A DNA stretch of 63,234 nt, counting the filler, from Octopus bimaculoides (Eukaryota), in assembly GCF_001194135.2 (NCBI RefSeq). It is 3 parts of 3 records of this genome, joined end to end, with 100 filler letters (N's around TTAATTAATTAA, not from the genome) between each part and the next. Parts side by side here need not be neighbours in the genome. Positions count along the whole stretch, not along the records: positions 27,946 to 58,422 come from NC_069000.1; 2 more parts are not named here. One strand, 5' to 3'. This document shows positions 38,061-50,924 of this stretch, one piece after another (the stretch's first letter is position 1; each line of letters starts with the position of its first letter). The notes beneath the pieces are model-generated. The model saw only the letters and a list, made by a program, of their open reading frames with translations, did not search any database and was not told where the DNA came from. The position numbers and the translations under genes are program-made.

Positions 38061-38361
38061 AAAGAACTTTCTGGAGAATTTGAGGCCATTTTCCTTTTGA
38101 GTTTTAGGGTCAAATACACTCGGGCAAGGGTATTTTTGCTTTCACTTTACATCCATATTTGTGTGCATTCATATTAAAATGGGTGAATTAGTGGTTGTGT
38201 GTAAATATCAACAGGCTGTGAGTATAATACAATGAATACTGCAATGAATAACAACACTGTATAAAGGCCATTCTAAATAACGACTTAGAGGCTACAAGTG
38301 ATATGCAGTTTCCTTCGGGTATTTGAAACTTACAGTTTCTGCGGCCATTATTAATGATGCT

Positions 38362-38575
38362 AAGCCAGTGAGGCGGCAGAATCGTTAGCACGTCGAACAA
38401 AAGCTTAGCAGCATTGCGACTGTCTTTGCGTTCCGAGGTTAATTCCGTCGAAGTCGACTTTGCTTTCCATCATTTTGGGGTCGATGAAATAAGTATCACT
38501 TGAGCACTGGGTTCGATGTAATCAATGAGCTCCCTCCTCCAAAATTTCAGGTCTTGTGCCAATTGTAGAAAGGGC
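38362..38575 (+). mobile_element. SINE family B (older copy)
   Basis: ggcagaatcgttagcacg..gtcgacttgctttccatc..ggggtcgatgaaataagta. Confidence 0.8.
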
Positions 38576-39984
38576 CATTAACGATACTTTGAAGTGTTAG
38601 ATATATCGGGATCATAGAATCATATTTCTGATTCTGTTTTCGAAATATCCGATCCTTAAAGCCACTATTTATAATTGAATAATTCAAAAGACAGTCATTA
38701 TTAAAGAACCTTCAGAGTGAGAATAAAGAAAATATCAGTAATCAATTTCTATGCTCAGCTTAAAAGTCAAATGTTCAATACTTTTATTATTCTTCAACTG
38801 ACTGAGAATATATCATATTTAGTGAGTAGCAAAATTACGCCATCTTGTCATAAAATGATGTTACTGAATGAGTTAATCGTGTTCCACATCTGGTCACAAA
38901 ATGACTTCATTGGATCGGAAATATTGAACATGCCCCACATCAAGTCACAAAATGACGCCAATGAATAAATTAAGCATGTTTTACTCCAGTATACTAAATG
39001 ATGTAATCGGGTAAATTAGATATGTTTCACTCTGGGTCAACGAGTAAAGTAAATGTTTCACCTCTGTTACAAAATTATATTAAACCCATTTGTTTTATTT
39101 TTAGGACTGATCACAATTACAGTACCGAGCAATACAAACGTATCTCCTACTCTATTTTAACTTTAAGATAGCGCCAATTTTGTCTTTTCGTGGGTGAATT
39201 TGAAACTGCTGTTTACTTCTTCGTCCCACGTCTTCAAAACCTACTCTGAACTAAACATTCAGAACTTCTGCTGAAATGCTAGAAGTTCTATAGAATATTT
39301 GCTCTTGCAAAAGTTTAAGTTGTTTCCAACTTTGAATGAACCATCGCGATTTATTAAGCTACTGTAGTCGATTTTTTCGTCTAAACTCTTCAAGGCTATG
39401 CCTCAGCATGGCCGTAGTCCAATGACTAAAACAGGTAAAAAAAAAAAAAATAAATGAGATATCCCAACTCAGCAACAATTATATCAATCTTAAATTTAGA
39501 CCAAAATATCTTTTTCTTGTGTGTGTGTCAAAATAAGACAAGCTTTCCAAATCAAAGATCAGGTTCTAAACCGTCGTGTTACATTGAAAACATTCATTGA
39601 ACGGATTTAAAAAAAAAATCTTTCTAAATTTTTATTGCTTTCACTTTGAGCCGATTCTGAACTTTTATGTTTTGAACATCAGACATTTGGAACCTCTCAA
39701 CGTTTGTTTAGTGAAAACAAAAATTGCTAATTTGAAAAATTCTAAACAGAAACTGATTAAGTTAGCAAATTCACGACTGTAATACATTTTGTATATATAT
39801 GCATTTCGTTAGCATTAAGAGTTAGAGGGGTGTTAAAAAATACTCTCTTATATGAATGTCAAAACAAAGACCAGCAAATTGAAGCGCCAGTCATATACTG
39901 GAATAGATTAAAATGATTACTACCCTTCTTGAAGACATCAAACATCTTACCAATGTTCATTATTATTGTTATAATTTTATATTA

Positions 39985-40345
39985 TGAGTTCAAATTCCAC
40001 TGAGGTCGACTTTGTCTTTCATCCTTTCAGGGTTGATAAAATAAGTAGCAGTTGAGCGATGGGGTCGATATAATCGACTTATCGCTATCTCAAGAAATTG
40101 CTGGCCTTAAGTCAAAGTTATTGATGCTATAAGGGCGATGAATTGGCAGAATCGTTAGACCGTGGGAAAAAATGACCTGCATTTTCCTCCGGCTTTTTTG
40201 TATTCTGAATTCAAATCCCACTGTGTTTAAATTTTCTCTTTACCCTTCTAAGGTCGATAAGTAAAGTACCAGTCAACTACTGGGGTCGATATAATCGACT
40301 ACTTCCTCACACAAAACTTCTGCTTTGTGCCAATGTCAGAAACTA
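39985..40345 (+). mobile_element. Two adjacent decayed SINE B copies (39985-40115, 40132-40345)
   Basis: tgagttcaaattccactgaggtcgactttg; ggcagaatcgttag; ggggtcgatataatcgact occurs twice. Confidence 0.75.
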
Positions 40346-40439
40346 TAATCATCATTGATTCTATTATTTGAGTGTAGATGATAGAAGAAATGCTTGAGTG
40401 TCGAATCAAAGACTCTGTACAATCCAGCTATGGAACTTT

Positions 40440-40650
40440 ATTCAAACCTTGCAATAGCTAACTTTGTGTTTCTTCTCCAAGGTCAGCAAAATAAATACAA
40501 GCAAGATACTTTGGTCTTTTACCATTGTGATAAACCATTATCATTTGGCGGCGTGAATAACAATCAATAGAGCAATACGTCCAACATGCAGAGAATTCAG
40601 TCTTTGTATTCCGCAATCGATACTGTGTGTTGCCTGGAACCAACTATCAT
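40440..40650 (-). mobile_element. Decayed RTE-like RT remnant
   Basis: VPGNTQYRL..KYLACIYFAD resembles the VLQGDTL..YADD spacing seen at 13990-14370. Confidence 0.4.
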
Positions 40651-41409
40651 CAACAATATTGTTCAAAATAGATACACAGATGACATTATTCCCTACTCTA
40701 GATGGCAACAGCACTGTGGAATTGGCAAGTGATACGAAGAAAAGTTATCAGTGATAGACCGCTATTCTAACCAAGTAATACTTAACTTCTCCTCGAGCTA
40801 CAGAAACAGTAGAAATGTTTCGAATCGCTAAGTCTTTGTGAAAGGATTAGCTGTTGTTGGCAAAGATTACTTCTGATTTAAACGTCCAAAAGCAGGTTGC
40901 AGTTTAGATAAGTAACTGTCGAAATCATAGGCACTCGNNNNNNNNNNNNNNNNNNNNNNNNNNNNNNNNNNNNNNNNNNNNNNNNNNNNNNNNNNNNNNN
41001 NNNNNNNNNNNNNNNNNNNNNNNNNNNNNNNNNNNNNNNNNNNNNNNNNNNNNNNNNNNNNNNNNNNNNNNNNNNNNNNNNNNNNNNNNNNNNNNNNNNN
41101 NNNNNNNNNNNNNNNNNNNNNNNNNNNNNNNNNNNNNNNNNNNNNNNNNNNNNNNNNNNNNNNNNNNNNNNNNNNNNNNNNNNNNNNNNNNNNNNNNNNN
41201 NNNNNNNNNNNNNNNNNNNNNNNNNNNNNNNNNNNNNNNNNNNNNNNNNNNNNNNNNNNNNNNNNNNNNNNNNNNNNNNNNNNNNNNNNNNNNNNNNNNN
41301 NNNNNNNNNNNNNNNNNNNNNNNNNNNNNNNNNNNNNNNNNNNNNNNNNNNNTATATATATATATATATATATATGTATGCATGCATGTGTGTATGTATG
41401 TATGTATAT

Positions 41410-42948
41410 GGACTCCCTAAAATCCATAAATCCAAACAGATCAAGAACAGCTTAAAAGACTCCTATACTCCAGATATAAAGATTCCCGAACCAACTGATC
41501 TCAAATTGCATCCGATTGTTGCAGGACCTGCATCCAGTATCCAAAGATCAAGCAACTTGCTGGACATAATTTAAAAACCTTTATGTAGATTAGTTCCCAG
41601 TTTCATCACAGATGATATAGACTTCTTAAACCATGTCCTAGAACGGATAGATAAAGAGATAGTACTAGTTAGCTTTGAGGTAACTAGTCTCTACACAAAT
41701 ATCCCCCATATATATGAACTAGAAGCAGTAGAATTCGGAATGAACAAACACAAAGAATTCAGGAGAAATTCTCAAAAGAATTTATACTTGTCCGTTTATA
41801 GATAGTACTGGAAAACAACTACTTTTTCTTTGATAATTAATACTGTCTACATATACAAGGCACTGCCATGGGGACGAAAGTCGCACCAACGTTTTCCACA
41901 CTAGTAATGGGATACCTAGAAGAAAAAATCTAAACCCCCATCCAGAGCTACTTTTGACAACCACTTCCAAACCTACTTTATCGGAAACTGGAAAAGATTC
42001 TGAGATTACTGCTTTATATTTTGGAACCGAAATAAGGAGAACCTTACAAATATTTTAAAAATTAATAAATAGCATTTATGCATCAATCCAATTCACTATG
42101 GAAATGAAAGAATGAAATCCTGATAGTTAAAGAAAATGAGACGGTTGCAACTGACCTCTACTAGAAAAACACAGACACACACACCAATATTTAGACTTTA
42201 GATCTTGCCACCCTTCCTATACAAAAAGGAACATACCGTTTAGTATGGCAAGGCGCATATGCTCAACAGTCTTAGATACTAGAAACCAAAATATTCCAAC
42301 AAATTAATTCAACATGCGATAACGAAAGCAAAGGAAATCTCAATCTCTACCCTACGGAGAAACATTCAGACCGGGTGCGAAAATAAAAATACAAATACAA
42401 ACGGAATGTTTGTAGTTACCCACAATCCTAGAAAACACAACATCCTGCACTCAGCCAAACGATACCTCTCAATTCTACGTCAATCACCAAATCTCCAATG
42501 AATAAATTTAAAAAATCACAAATTATCAACAGTCGAAGACAACCACTAAACCTCAAGAAGCTCCTAGCAAAAGCGAGATTCACATTTGGAAAAAAAGCCC
42601 ATGCAAGTAACCAACTGTGGAGATCCCCGTTGCGGGACATTCGAATTAATTGAGCAGGGGACAACCAAAAGACTCAAGAATGGGAAGAAATTAAAAGTGA
42701 ATGCAAACATGAATTTCAAACCTGAATGCCCAAATGCAATGAAAAGTACATTGGGGAGACAGGAATGAAACTCACCAGCCGTGTAAATGTGCATAAACAA
42801 CAAATTAGGAATTCATCTCTTAGGAATGTCCCATGCAGTGAACATCTTATCTGTGCAAATGTAAAATTTAAAATATTCCCATTTGAGAAAATAAACGATG
42901 AAAATGTACAATTACGAACAGCAAAAAAGAAAAAAAGAATACTTTATA
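41410..42948 (+). mobile_element. Penelope-like element, decayed RT + GIY-YIG
   Basis: GLPKIHKS, LHPIVAGP, VSFEVTSLYTNIP, QGTAMGTKVAP, SCHP, YIGETG..LTSRVNVHKQQIR..CSEH..FKIFPF; many stops and frameshifts. Confidence 0.9.
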
Positions 42949-44249
42949 ANNNNNNNNNNNNNNNNNNNNNNNNNNNNNNNNNNNNNNNNNNNNNNNNNNN
43001 NNNNNNNNNNNNNNNNNNNNNNNNNNNNNNNNNNNNNNNNNNNNNNNNNNNNNNNNNNNNNNNNNNNNNNNNNNNNNNNNNNNNNNNNNNNNNNNNNNNN
43101 NNNNNNNNNNNNNNNNNNNNNNNNNNNNNNNNNNNNNNNNNNNNNNNNNNNNNNNNNNNNNNNNNNNNNNNNNNNNNNNNNNNNNNNNNNNNNNNNNNNN
43201 NNNNNNNNNNNNNNNNNNNNNNNNNNNNNNNNNNNNNNNNNNNNNNNNNNNNNNNNNNNNNNNNNNNNNNNNNNNNNNNNNNNNNNNNNNNNNNNNNNNN
43301 NNNNNNNNNNNNNNNNNNNNNNNNNNNNNNNNNNNNNNNNNNNNNNNNNNNNNNNNNNNNNNNNNNNNNNNNNNNNNNNNNNNNNNNNNNNNNNNNNNNN
43401 NNNNNNNNNNNNNNNNNNNNNNNNNNNNNNNNNNNNNNNNNNNNNNNNNNNNNNNNNNNNNNNNNNNNNNNNNNNNNNNNNNNNNNNNNNNNNNNNNNNN
43501 NNNNNNNNNNNNNNNNNNNNNNNNNNNNNNNNNNNNNNNNNNNNNNNNNNNNNNNNNNNNNNNNNNNNNNNNNNNNNNNNNNNNNNNNNNNNNNNNNNNN
43601 NNNNNNNNNNNNNNNNNNNNNNNNNNNNNNNNNNNNNNNNNNNNNNNNNNNNNNNNNNNNNNNNNNNNNNNNNNNNNNNNNNNNNNNNNNNNNNNNNNNN
43701 NNNNNNNNNNNNNNNNNNNNNNNNNNNNNNNNNNNNNNNNNNNNNNNNNNNNNNNNNNNNNNNNNNNNNNNNNNNNNNNNNNNNNNNNNNNNNNNNNNNN
43801 NNNNNNNNNNNNNNNNNNNNNNNNNNNNNNNNNNNNNNNNNNNNNNNNNNNNNNNNNNNNNNNNNNNNNNNNNNNNNNNNNNNNNNNNTATATATATATA
43901 TATATATATCTTTTAAATTCGCTTATTGGTAACGTTAAGCAATAGAGGCAGTTTTCAAAGATCAGTTCAGGCATCCTTTTAGTGCATTTCGTGTCGCCTA
44001 GGCAACCCCTACTAAACAGCAAATAGAGAGATGAATTTATCATGTGTGTACTCAACATCGAAAACAATATCATAAGATTAGACAGAGTTCCTGAGAATGT
44101 ACTCTAAGTGTATGGCTGTTCCATGTGAACCAAAGGTGGTGGGACTCATATTCAAACAGACACTTGGAGGAGAAATATTCGTCATACCAGCTGAAAGTTA
44201 TGCGCGAGTGCCTATCTCGTAAACTAGATAAGAATAATATCTAAGCAAG

Positions 44250-44545
44250 AACAGTGCATATCCCGTAACCTTGACAAAAATAGTAGCATCTTTTGGACCT
44301 GCAATAAATACATCACGTCTCATCTACTTGGCCACGCATTTGCTATCCAAAATTACAAGAGATAACTACTAAATACCTGATGAACAAGGGAGATAATGCC
44401 TCTAGACCTCCAAGTCGTGATAAAAAAGTATCAATTATGCAATACCACTGTGGAAAATGACGCCCAAATCATCATCAGCTGCCTCAAAATATACATAAGT
44501 TACTACCTTTCCTTGAGACATGACATTGTTGCTTCAGCCATCTTG
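44250..44545 (+). mobile_element. RLE-type LINE remnant (post-RT and CCHC region)
   Basis: WTCNKYITSHLLGHAFAIQ..QEITTKYLMNK..IISCLKIYISYYLSLRHDIVA; the IISC..RHD block is homologous to 10490-10550. Confidence 0.65.
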
Positions 44546-45156
44546 TTACTCGCAGGAAGGATTGTTCTGATACTCATGTCAAAAACCCAGAAAAACCAAT
44601 TGTTCTGATACTCACCAAAGACACATCTGAATCAGAATGTAGCAGCATCTTTAAAAATAAAGGATCATTCCAAAAAAAAAATATATAAACAGCAACCCCC
44701 CCCCNNNNNNNNNNNNNNNNNNNNNNNNNNNNNNNNNNNNNNNNNNNNNNNNNNNNNNNNNNNNNNNNNNNNNNNNNNNNNNNNNNNNNNNNNNNNNNNN
44801 NNNNNNNNNNNNNNNNNNNNNNNNNNNNNNNNNNNNNNNNNNNNNNNNNNNNNNNNNNNNNNNNNNNNNNNNNNNNNNNNNNNNNNNNNNNNNNNNNNNN
44901 NNNNNNNNNNNNNNNNNNNNNNNNNNNNNNNNNNNNNNNNNNNNNNNNNNNNNNNNNNNNNNNNNNNNNNNNNNNNNNNNNNNNNNNNNNNNNNNNNNNN
45001 NNNNNNNNNNNNNNNNNNNNNNNNNNNNNNNNNNNNNNNNNNNNNNNNNNNNNNNNNNNNNNNNNNNNNNNNNNNNNNNNNNNNNNNNNNNNNNNNNNNN
45101 NNNNNNNNNNNNNNNNNNNNNNNNNNNNNNNNNNNNNNNNNNNNNNNNNNNNNNNN

Positions 45157-45208
<52 letters not shown>

Positions 45209-45554
45209 TGTTGTAAAGTGACAAGCACACTCACTACGTACAAGTTTACCCACACGCATATACATATGCACTACTTCAGGTAACCATAAATCCCAATAGT
45301 TATTTTGGCTTAACAAAAATGTTTGCCATTGTTAGTGCCCGGCCTGACTTCTGCACGGGAATAAATTGCAAAGAAATAACATAAATCTATGCAGAAGGTT
45401 CAATAAGTAGAAAAGTGGAGAAAGCAAGATGGAAAATGTGTAAAAAAAAAAAAAATTAAAAGACATTATAGTGGAGAAGAACTAGAGAGATTGATAGAAA
45501 CACAATAGATAGAGAAAAAGATAGGTATGTTTGTATGTAAGTAGGGTGATAGAC

Positions 45555-45604
<50 letters not shown>
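45555..45604. repeat. (AGAT)n microsatellite
   Basis: Perfect tetranucleotide run. Confidence 0.95.
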
Positions 45605-45874
45605 GAGAGAGTATAGAGAGCAATATGAGGATCAGAAGAAGTATGAGATAGAAGATAATAGAAGGGAGAAAATTAGAAGGAAAAAAAAGAGAGAGCGGGG
45701 ACAGAACGGAAGAAAGAAAGGTGGAAAGAAAAAAAAGGATGATAAGGAAATTACTGATGTTATGTATGAGATTAAGAGCTCTATAAACAGCATCCATTGG
45801 AGAAGAACCGAAGTTTTGTTGGAGTTCCGTTTAAATGAAGTTCTGGCCAGATAGAATAGAGATCGATCAAGAAA

Positions 45875-45899
45875 AACAACAACAACAACAACAACAACA

Positions 45900-45949
<50 letters not shown>

Positions 45950-45950
45950 A
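45875..45950. repeat. Compound (AAC)n(TAC)n microsatellite
   Basis: Direct reading. Confidence 0.95.
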
Positions 45951-46809
45951 AAATTGAATGTAACTACGAATATATAAATCATGATAATTAAAGATAATTT
46001 TATGCAACATTGTTGCATAAAATGTTCTTGAAAAAGATGGCATAAATGCTGTAGGAGAAAGAAGTTCAGAGATGACAGATTCTCAGAAATTCTTAATGTT
46101 ACTTCTCATGCTCTCCCCCCTCTCTCTGTCTCTTTCTCTCTTTCTTTCTCTTTCTCTTCCCTCTTTATATTTCTAATAATTTTTTCGGTTTTGGATTTCT
46201 GCTGCTTTGCCTTCTTTACCATTTGCTCATTCAAAAGGTTCCTTTAGCTAGTCTAACCTTTATTGTTATCAAAATAGTAGCAGGCGAGTTAACAGTTTAT
46301 TCCTCATAGATGTTCAGTGACCGAATGCATGTGGATTCGAGTATACTGAGTTCGTATCGCACCACTGGCGTTACGCAATTTTCTTCTTCTTCTTCTTCTT
46401 CTTCTTCTTGAACTTGCACAACTATGTTGGAAGTCAAGCCTTCGGATTTTCCATTCTTGTAGGGCAATTCCATTTGTTTTTACTATATATCCAAGTTTAT
46501 GGTTTGATAGATTGGACTGTACATTGAGTTAAAATACATATTTTGTAAATGATTGTATCACTCTGCCCGGTTATTGAGTAATGTAACATTTATAAAGCGA
46601 TATCGCAAATAAGACAAAGAAACATTCTGACAGCAAATAATAAACGTTTAGGTCAAGTTTTTGTATATTTATGAGTGACATGTGACTTACATGTGTCTTC
46701 CACATTGTAATTACTTTAGTTTCGGCACATAGTTAAAGATCAAGCTACTTGGCAGACAAGTACAAATCCGATATGCATATATTCATATGTATGTGTGTCA
46801 ATGCATTTT

Positions 46810-47032
46810 ATCTTTGATCTTTTATTTGATTCACTCATTGGACTGCGGTCATTTAGTGGGAAGAATCGACCCTAGTACTTTTTTAATGGTAGGCACTTAT
46901 TCTATCGGTATCGTTTGCCGAACCGATACGTTACGGGCGTAAACACACCAACACCGGTTGTCAAACGGTGGTAAGGGACAAACACAGACACGAAGACACA
47001 CAAATACATATGTATATCTATCTATCTATCTA

Positions 47033-47074
<42 letters not shown>

Positions 47075-47235
47075 CGCCGAGCTCCTATCAATTTCCATCT
47101 ATCAGATCATTTCACAAGGCTTTAGTCGATCCGAGGCTACAGTAGAAGACACTTGCCCAAGGTGCCACGCAACGGGCCGGAACCTGGAATCATGTGATTA
47201 GCAAGAAAGCTTCTTACCACACAACCATGCCTGCG
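46810..47235 (-). mobile_element. SINE family A, full length, with expanded internal microsatellite
   Basis: 3' half 46810-46990, (TCTA)/(TA)n linker about 47005-47070, head to 47235. Confidence 0.88.
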
Positions 47236-47237
47236 CG

Positions 47238-47269
<32 letters not shown>

Positions 47270-47328
47270 TGTATGTATGTATGTATGTATGTATGTATGT
47301 ATGTATATGCATTATATGTGGGTGCGTT

Positions 47329-47359
<31 letters not shown>

Positions 47360-48205
47360 GTGTATATACTCTTTTACTTGTTTCAGTCNNNNNNNNNNNN
47401 NNNNNNNNNNNNNNNNNNNNNNNNNNNNNNNNNNNNNNNNNNNNNNNNNNNNNNNNNNNNNNNNNNNNNNNNNNNNNNNNNNNNNNNNNNNNNNNNNNNN
47501 NNNNNNNNNNNNNNNNNNNNNNNNNNNNNNNNNNNNNNNNNNNNNNNNNNNNNNNNNNNNNNNNNNNNNNNNNNNNNNNNNNNNNNNNNNNNNNNNNNNN
47601 NNNNNNNNNNNNNNNNNNNNNNNNNNNNNNNNNNNNNNNNNNNNNNNNNNNNNNNNNNNNNNNNNNNNNNNNNNNNNNNNNNNNNNNNNNNNNNNNNNNN
47701 NNNNNNNNNNNNNNNNNNNNNNNNNNNNNNNNNNNNNNNNNNNNNNNNNNNNNNNNNNNNNNNNNNNNNNNNNNNNNNNNNNNNNNNNNNNNNNNNNNNN
47801 NNNNNNNNNNNNNNNNNNNNNNNNNNNNNNNNNNNNNNNNNNNNNNNNNNNNNNNNNNNNNNNNNNNNNNNNNNNNNNNNNNNNNNNNNNNNNNNNNNNN
47901 NNNNNNNNNNNNNNNNNNNNNNNNNNNNNNNNNNNNNNNNNNNNNNNNNNNNNNNNNNNNNNNNNNNNNNNNNNNNNNNNNNNNNNNNNNNNNNNNNNNN
48001 NNNNNNNNNNNNNNNNNNNNNNNNNNNNNNNNNNNNNNNNNNNNNNNNNNNNNNNNNNNNNNNNNNNNNNNNNNNNNNNNNNNNNNNNNNNNNNNNNNNN
48101 NNNNNNNNNNNNNNNNNNNNNNNNNNNNNNNNNNNNNNNNNNNNNNNNNNNNNNNNNNNNNNNNNNNNNNNNNNNNNNNNNNNNNNNNNNNNNNNNNNNN
48201 NNNNN

Positions 48206-48575
48206 TATGTAGAATGTCTTACAGCTGTTTCAGGGAAAATTCAATGTATCCCTTCATCGGAGACGGTAATAGTAGAAGATAAGGATTATTACATCTGTAT
48301 GAGGAGATTTGCAGTAAGAAATGAGAGCGATGCGGAGAAGAAAGAACAAAGAAGAAAAAGTACTTGGAGTATAGTTCCATTCCAAAAGTAAATATCCGTG
48401 TGGGTATTTTCCAGTGATAATTATAGTTATATTGGTGGATATATATAATTTCGTATCCAGTTTACTCTGTGCGTTGTTTACTTAAAAGACAGCCCGAAGT
48501 GAGTGGAAGATATGTGTAGGATTGTGAGATCAATCCATAAGACAGGAAGGGAGGAGGAGGAAATATTTAAGGGAG
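48206..48575 (-). mobile_element. PLE-like 3' terminal region carrying a hammerhead
   Basis: Pyrimidine-rich minus strand containing the hammerhead motif; similar to 180-470. PLE assignment is inferred. Confidence 0.5.
48216..48264 (-). ncRNA. Type I hammerhead ribozyme motif (U4C core variant)
   Basis: GUCU-CCGAUGA-AGGGA(uacauugaauuu)UCCCU-GAAA-C(AGCU)G-UA-AGAC: stem I GUCU/AGAC, 5-bp stem II, palindromic ACAGCUGU stem III, GUA site. Confidence 0.75.
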
Positions 48576-48576
48576 A

Positions 48577-49021
48577 AATGAAGGTAGTGGTGCAAGCAGT
48601 AGGCTATAAATAGAAGAATATTTCCTCTTGCTGCTGTTAATAAAATTATAGTGCAATTCAAAAGCCAAGGATAAGAATCAACAATTTCTCATTCCAGCCG
48701 ATCTGGACCCTCGGAAAGAAAGCTTCGCTGTTTGAAGAGAATTGTGGAAAACGAACCCCGTTCGAAGGCTTCTGACATTGCAAAACAACTAGAAGTTAGT
48801 CCAAGAACGTGTGTTACATATCTGCATAAGCTTGGGTATTATGGACGAGCAGCTAGAAGAAAACCTTTTCTTCAACCAATTAATATCAAGAAAGAAATGG
48901 GCTAAGGAGGTTTCAGAAAAATCCAGTTCATTTTGGGATAGAGTGATTTTCTTAGATGAATCCAGATTTGCATTATTTTCAGACAGTGGACGTGTTTGGG
49001 TCTGAAGGCTTCCCAATCAAG
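48577..49021 (+). mobile_element. Tc1 transposase fragment (N-terminal region to first catalytic D)
   Basis: LRCLKRIVENEPRSKASDIAKQL..LHKLGYYGRAARRKPFL..WDRVIFLDESRFALFSDSGRVWV*. Confidence 0.85.
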
Positions 49022-49025
49022 TTGT

Positions 49026-49600
49026 GTGTTCATGTTAAGTTGTGGTTGATATTCATTAATGAAAGTTTCCTCTTTATTTAGTCTTTGCTGCACTGAGATC
49101 TTCTGGGAACATTGACAAAAAGGGAAAATAAAGAAGGGTAAATAAACCGTAAGGAAAATGAACCTTAAACCAAACTTCCTTATTTTCCCATTTTACCAAT
49201 GTTTCCAGAAAATCTCAGTGCAGCAAAGACTTAATAAAGAGACAACTTTTGTTAATAAATATCAACCACAACTTAACATGAACACCGCTTAATACAACAC
49301 AGTACCAACCCTACTAATACCAATAATCTCACTAAGCCTCATACATCCCATATGCCATTCCTATTCTATTAATCATATTTATCTTCATTGCTTACCACCC
49401 TTGCATGCAATCTTTTCACTCAAGTAGTATTAGACCCAACAACGTTTGGAAATCGGTGTTGATTCAAAGTCGGTGAACAGCGATGACGAATCCAGTATGA
49501 CTTTCTATATTGACTCATAGTGAAGATTTTTATATTTCTTAATTCCACCTCAAATCATATATTTGTATGTATATATCTTTGATTTTATAAAAAAAAACAG
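49026..49600 (+). mobile_element. 5'-truncated PLE (GIY-YIG C-terminus + 3' UTR) with inverted copy at its 5' end
   Basis: 49026-49136 and 49175-49285 are 111-bp inverted repeats; plus copy encodes NLKPNFLIFPFYQCFQKISVQQRLNKETTFVNKYQPQLN. Confidence 0.85.
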
Positions 49601-49713
49601 CCATTACCTTTATAACTAGTGTGCATTTTCTTTGTTTCTTTTTACTTTTCCCCTATATATATATTTTTATATATATATTTGATATTTATTATATGTTACG
49701 ATACGTACATTTA

Positions 49714-49717
<4 letters not shown>

Positions 49718-49790
<73 letters not shown>
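49718..49790. repeat. (TTA)n microsatellite
   Basis: Perfect trinucleotide run. Confidence 0.95.
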
Positions 49791-49792
<2 letters not shown>

Positions 49793-50377
49793 TATATTTT
49801 ATTTTAGACCTGACGAGTGACTATATTTTTGAATAGATTTAATTGTAGATCGATTTNNNNNNNNNNNNNNNNNNNNNNNNNNNNNNNNNNNNNNNNNNNN
49901 NNNNNNNNNNNNNNNNNNNNNNNNNNNNNNNNNNNNNNNNNNNNNNNNNNNNNNNNNNNNNNNNNNNNNNNNNNNNNNNNNNNNNNNNNNNNNNNNNNNN
50001 NNNNNNNNNNNNNNNNNNNNNNNNNNNNNNNNNNNNNNNNNNNNNNNNNNNNNNNNNNNNNNNNNNNNNNNNNNNNNNNNNNNNNNNNNNNNNNNNNNNN
50101 NNNNNNNNNNNNNNNNNNNNNNNNNNNNNNNNNNNNNNNNNNNNNNNNNNNNNNNNNNNNNNNNNNNNNNNNNNNNNNNNNNNNNNNNNNNNNNNNNNNN
50201 NNNNNNNNNNNNNNNNNNNNNNNNNNNNNNNNNNNNNNNNNNNNNNNNNNNNNNNNNNNNNNNNNNNNNNNNNNNNNNNNNNNNNNNNNNNNNNNNNNNN
50301 NNNNNNNNNNNNNNNNNNNNNNNNNNNNNNNNNNNNNNNNNNNNNNNNNNNNNNNNNNNNNNNNNNNNNNNNNNNNN

Positions 50378-50421
<44 letters not shown>

Positions 50422-50449
50422 TACTTATATATGTGTGCATGTATGTATG

Positions 50450-50482
<33 letters not shown>

Positions 50483-50924
50483 GTGTATGTATGTATGCAT
50501 GTATGTATGTATGTATGTGCATGTGAGAGCACAAGTCATCGTAAAAAACATTATTAGCTAACACTTAGCCCAGTAAGTCCTGCAACCAGTAAATTATCAA
50601 CGAACTGATACCAATAAACAAAAATCTTGATTCAGGTCCAGTTAGATCTCTGATTCTTATAGTAACTTAAGTATAAAATATACAATAGAAACAGTGAAAA
50701 CTAGATCTTGACCCATACCTGACAATAGAAGAACAGTGTATATCTACTACGAAAATCAGTGATTACATTGAAATAGTGATGAACCGAAGACGATCGAAAA
50801 ATAGAAACATACAATGGCAAATAGCAACATAAATAGTACAATAACAGAAATAATTTTCTAAATTTTCATAGATATCCTATCATCAGCCTTTTTAATGATA
50901 TCATTATAGTTTCAATACTATGTA

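Noticed and set aside
44377-44400. CTGATGA motif
   Set aside because: Lies within LINE coding remnant (YLMNK); no downstream stem II or GAAA.
48206-48391. 62-codon plus-strand open stretch as a host exon
   Set aside because: No recognisable protein; better explained as the antisense of a hammerhead-bearing repeat terminus.
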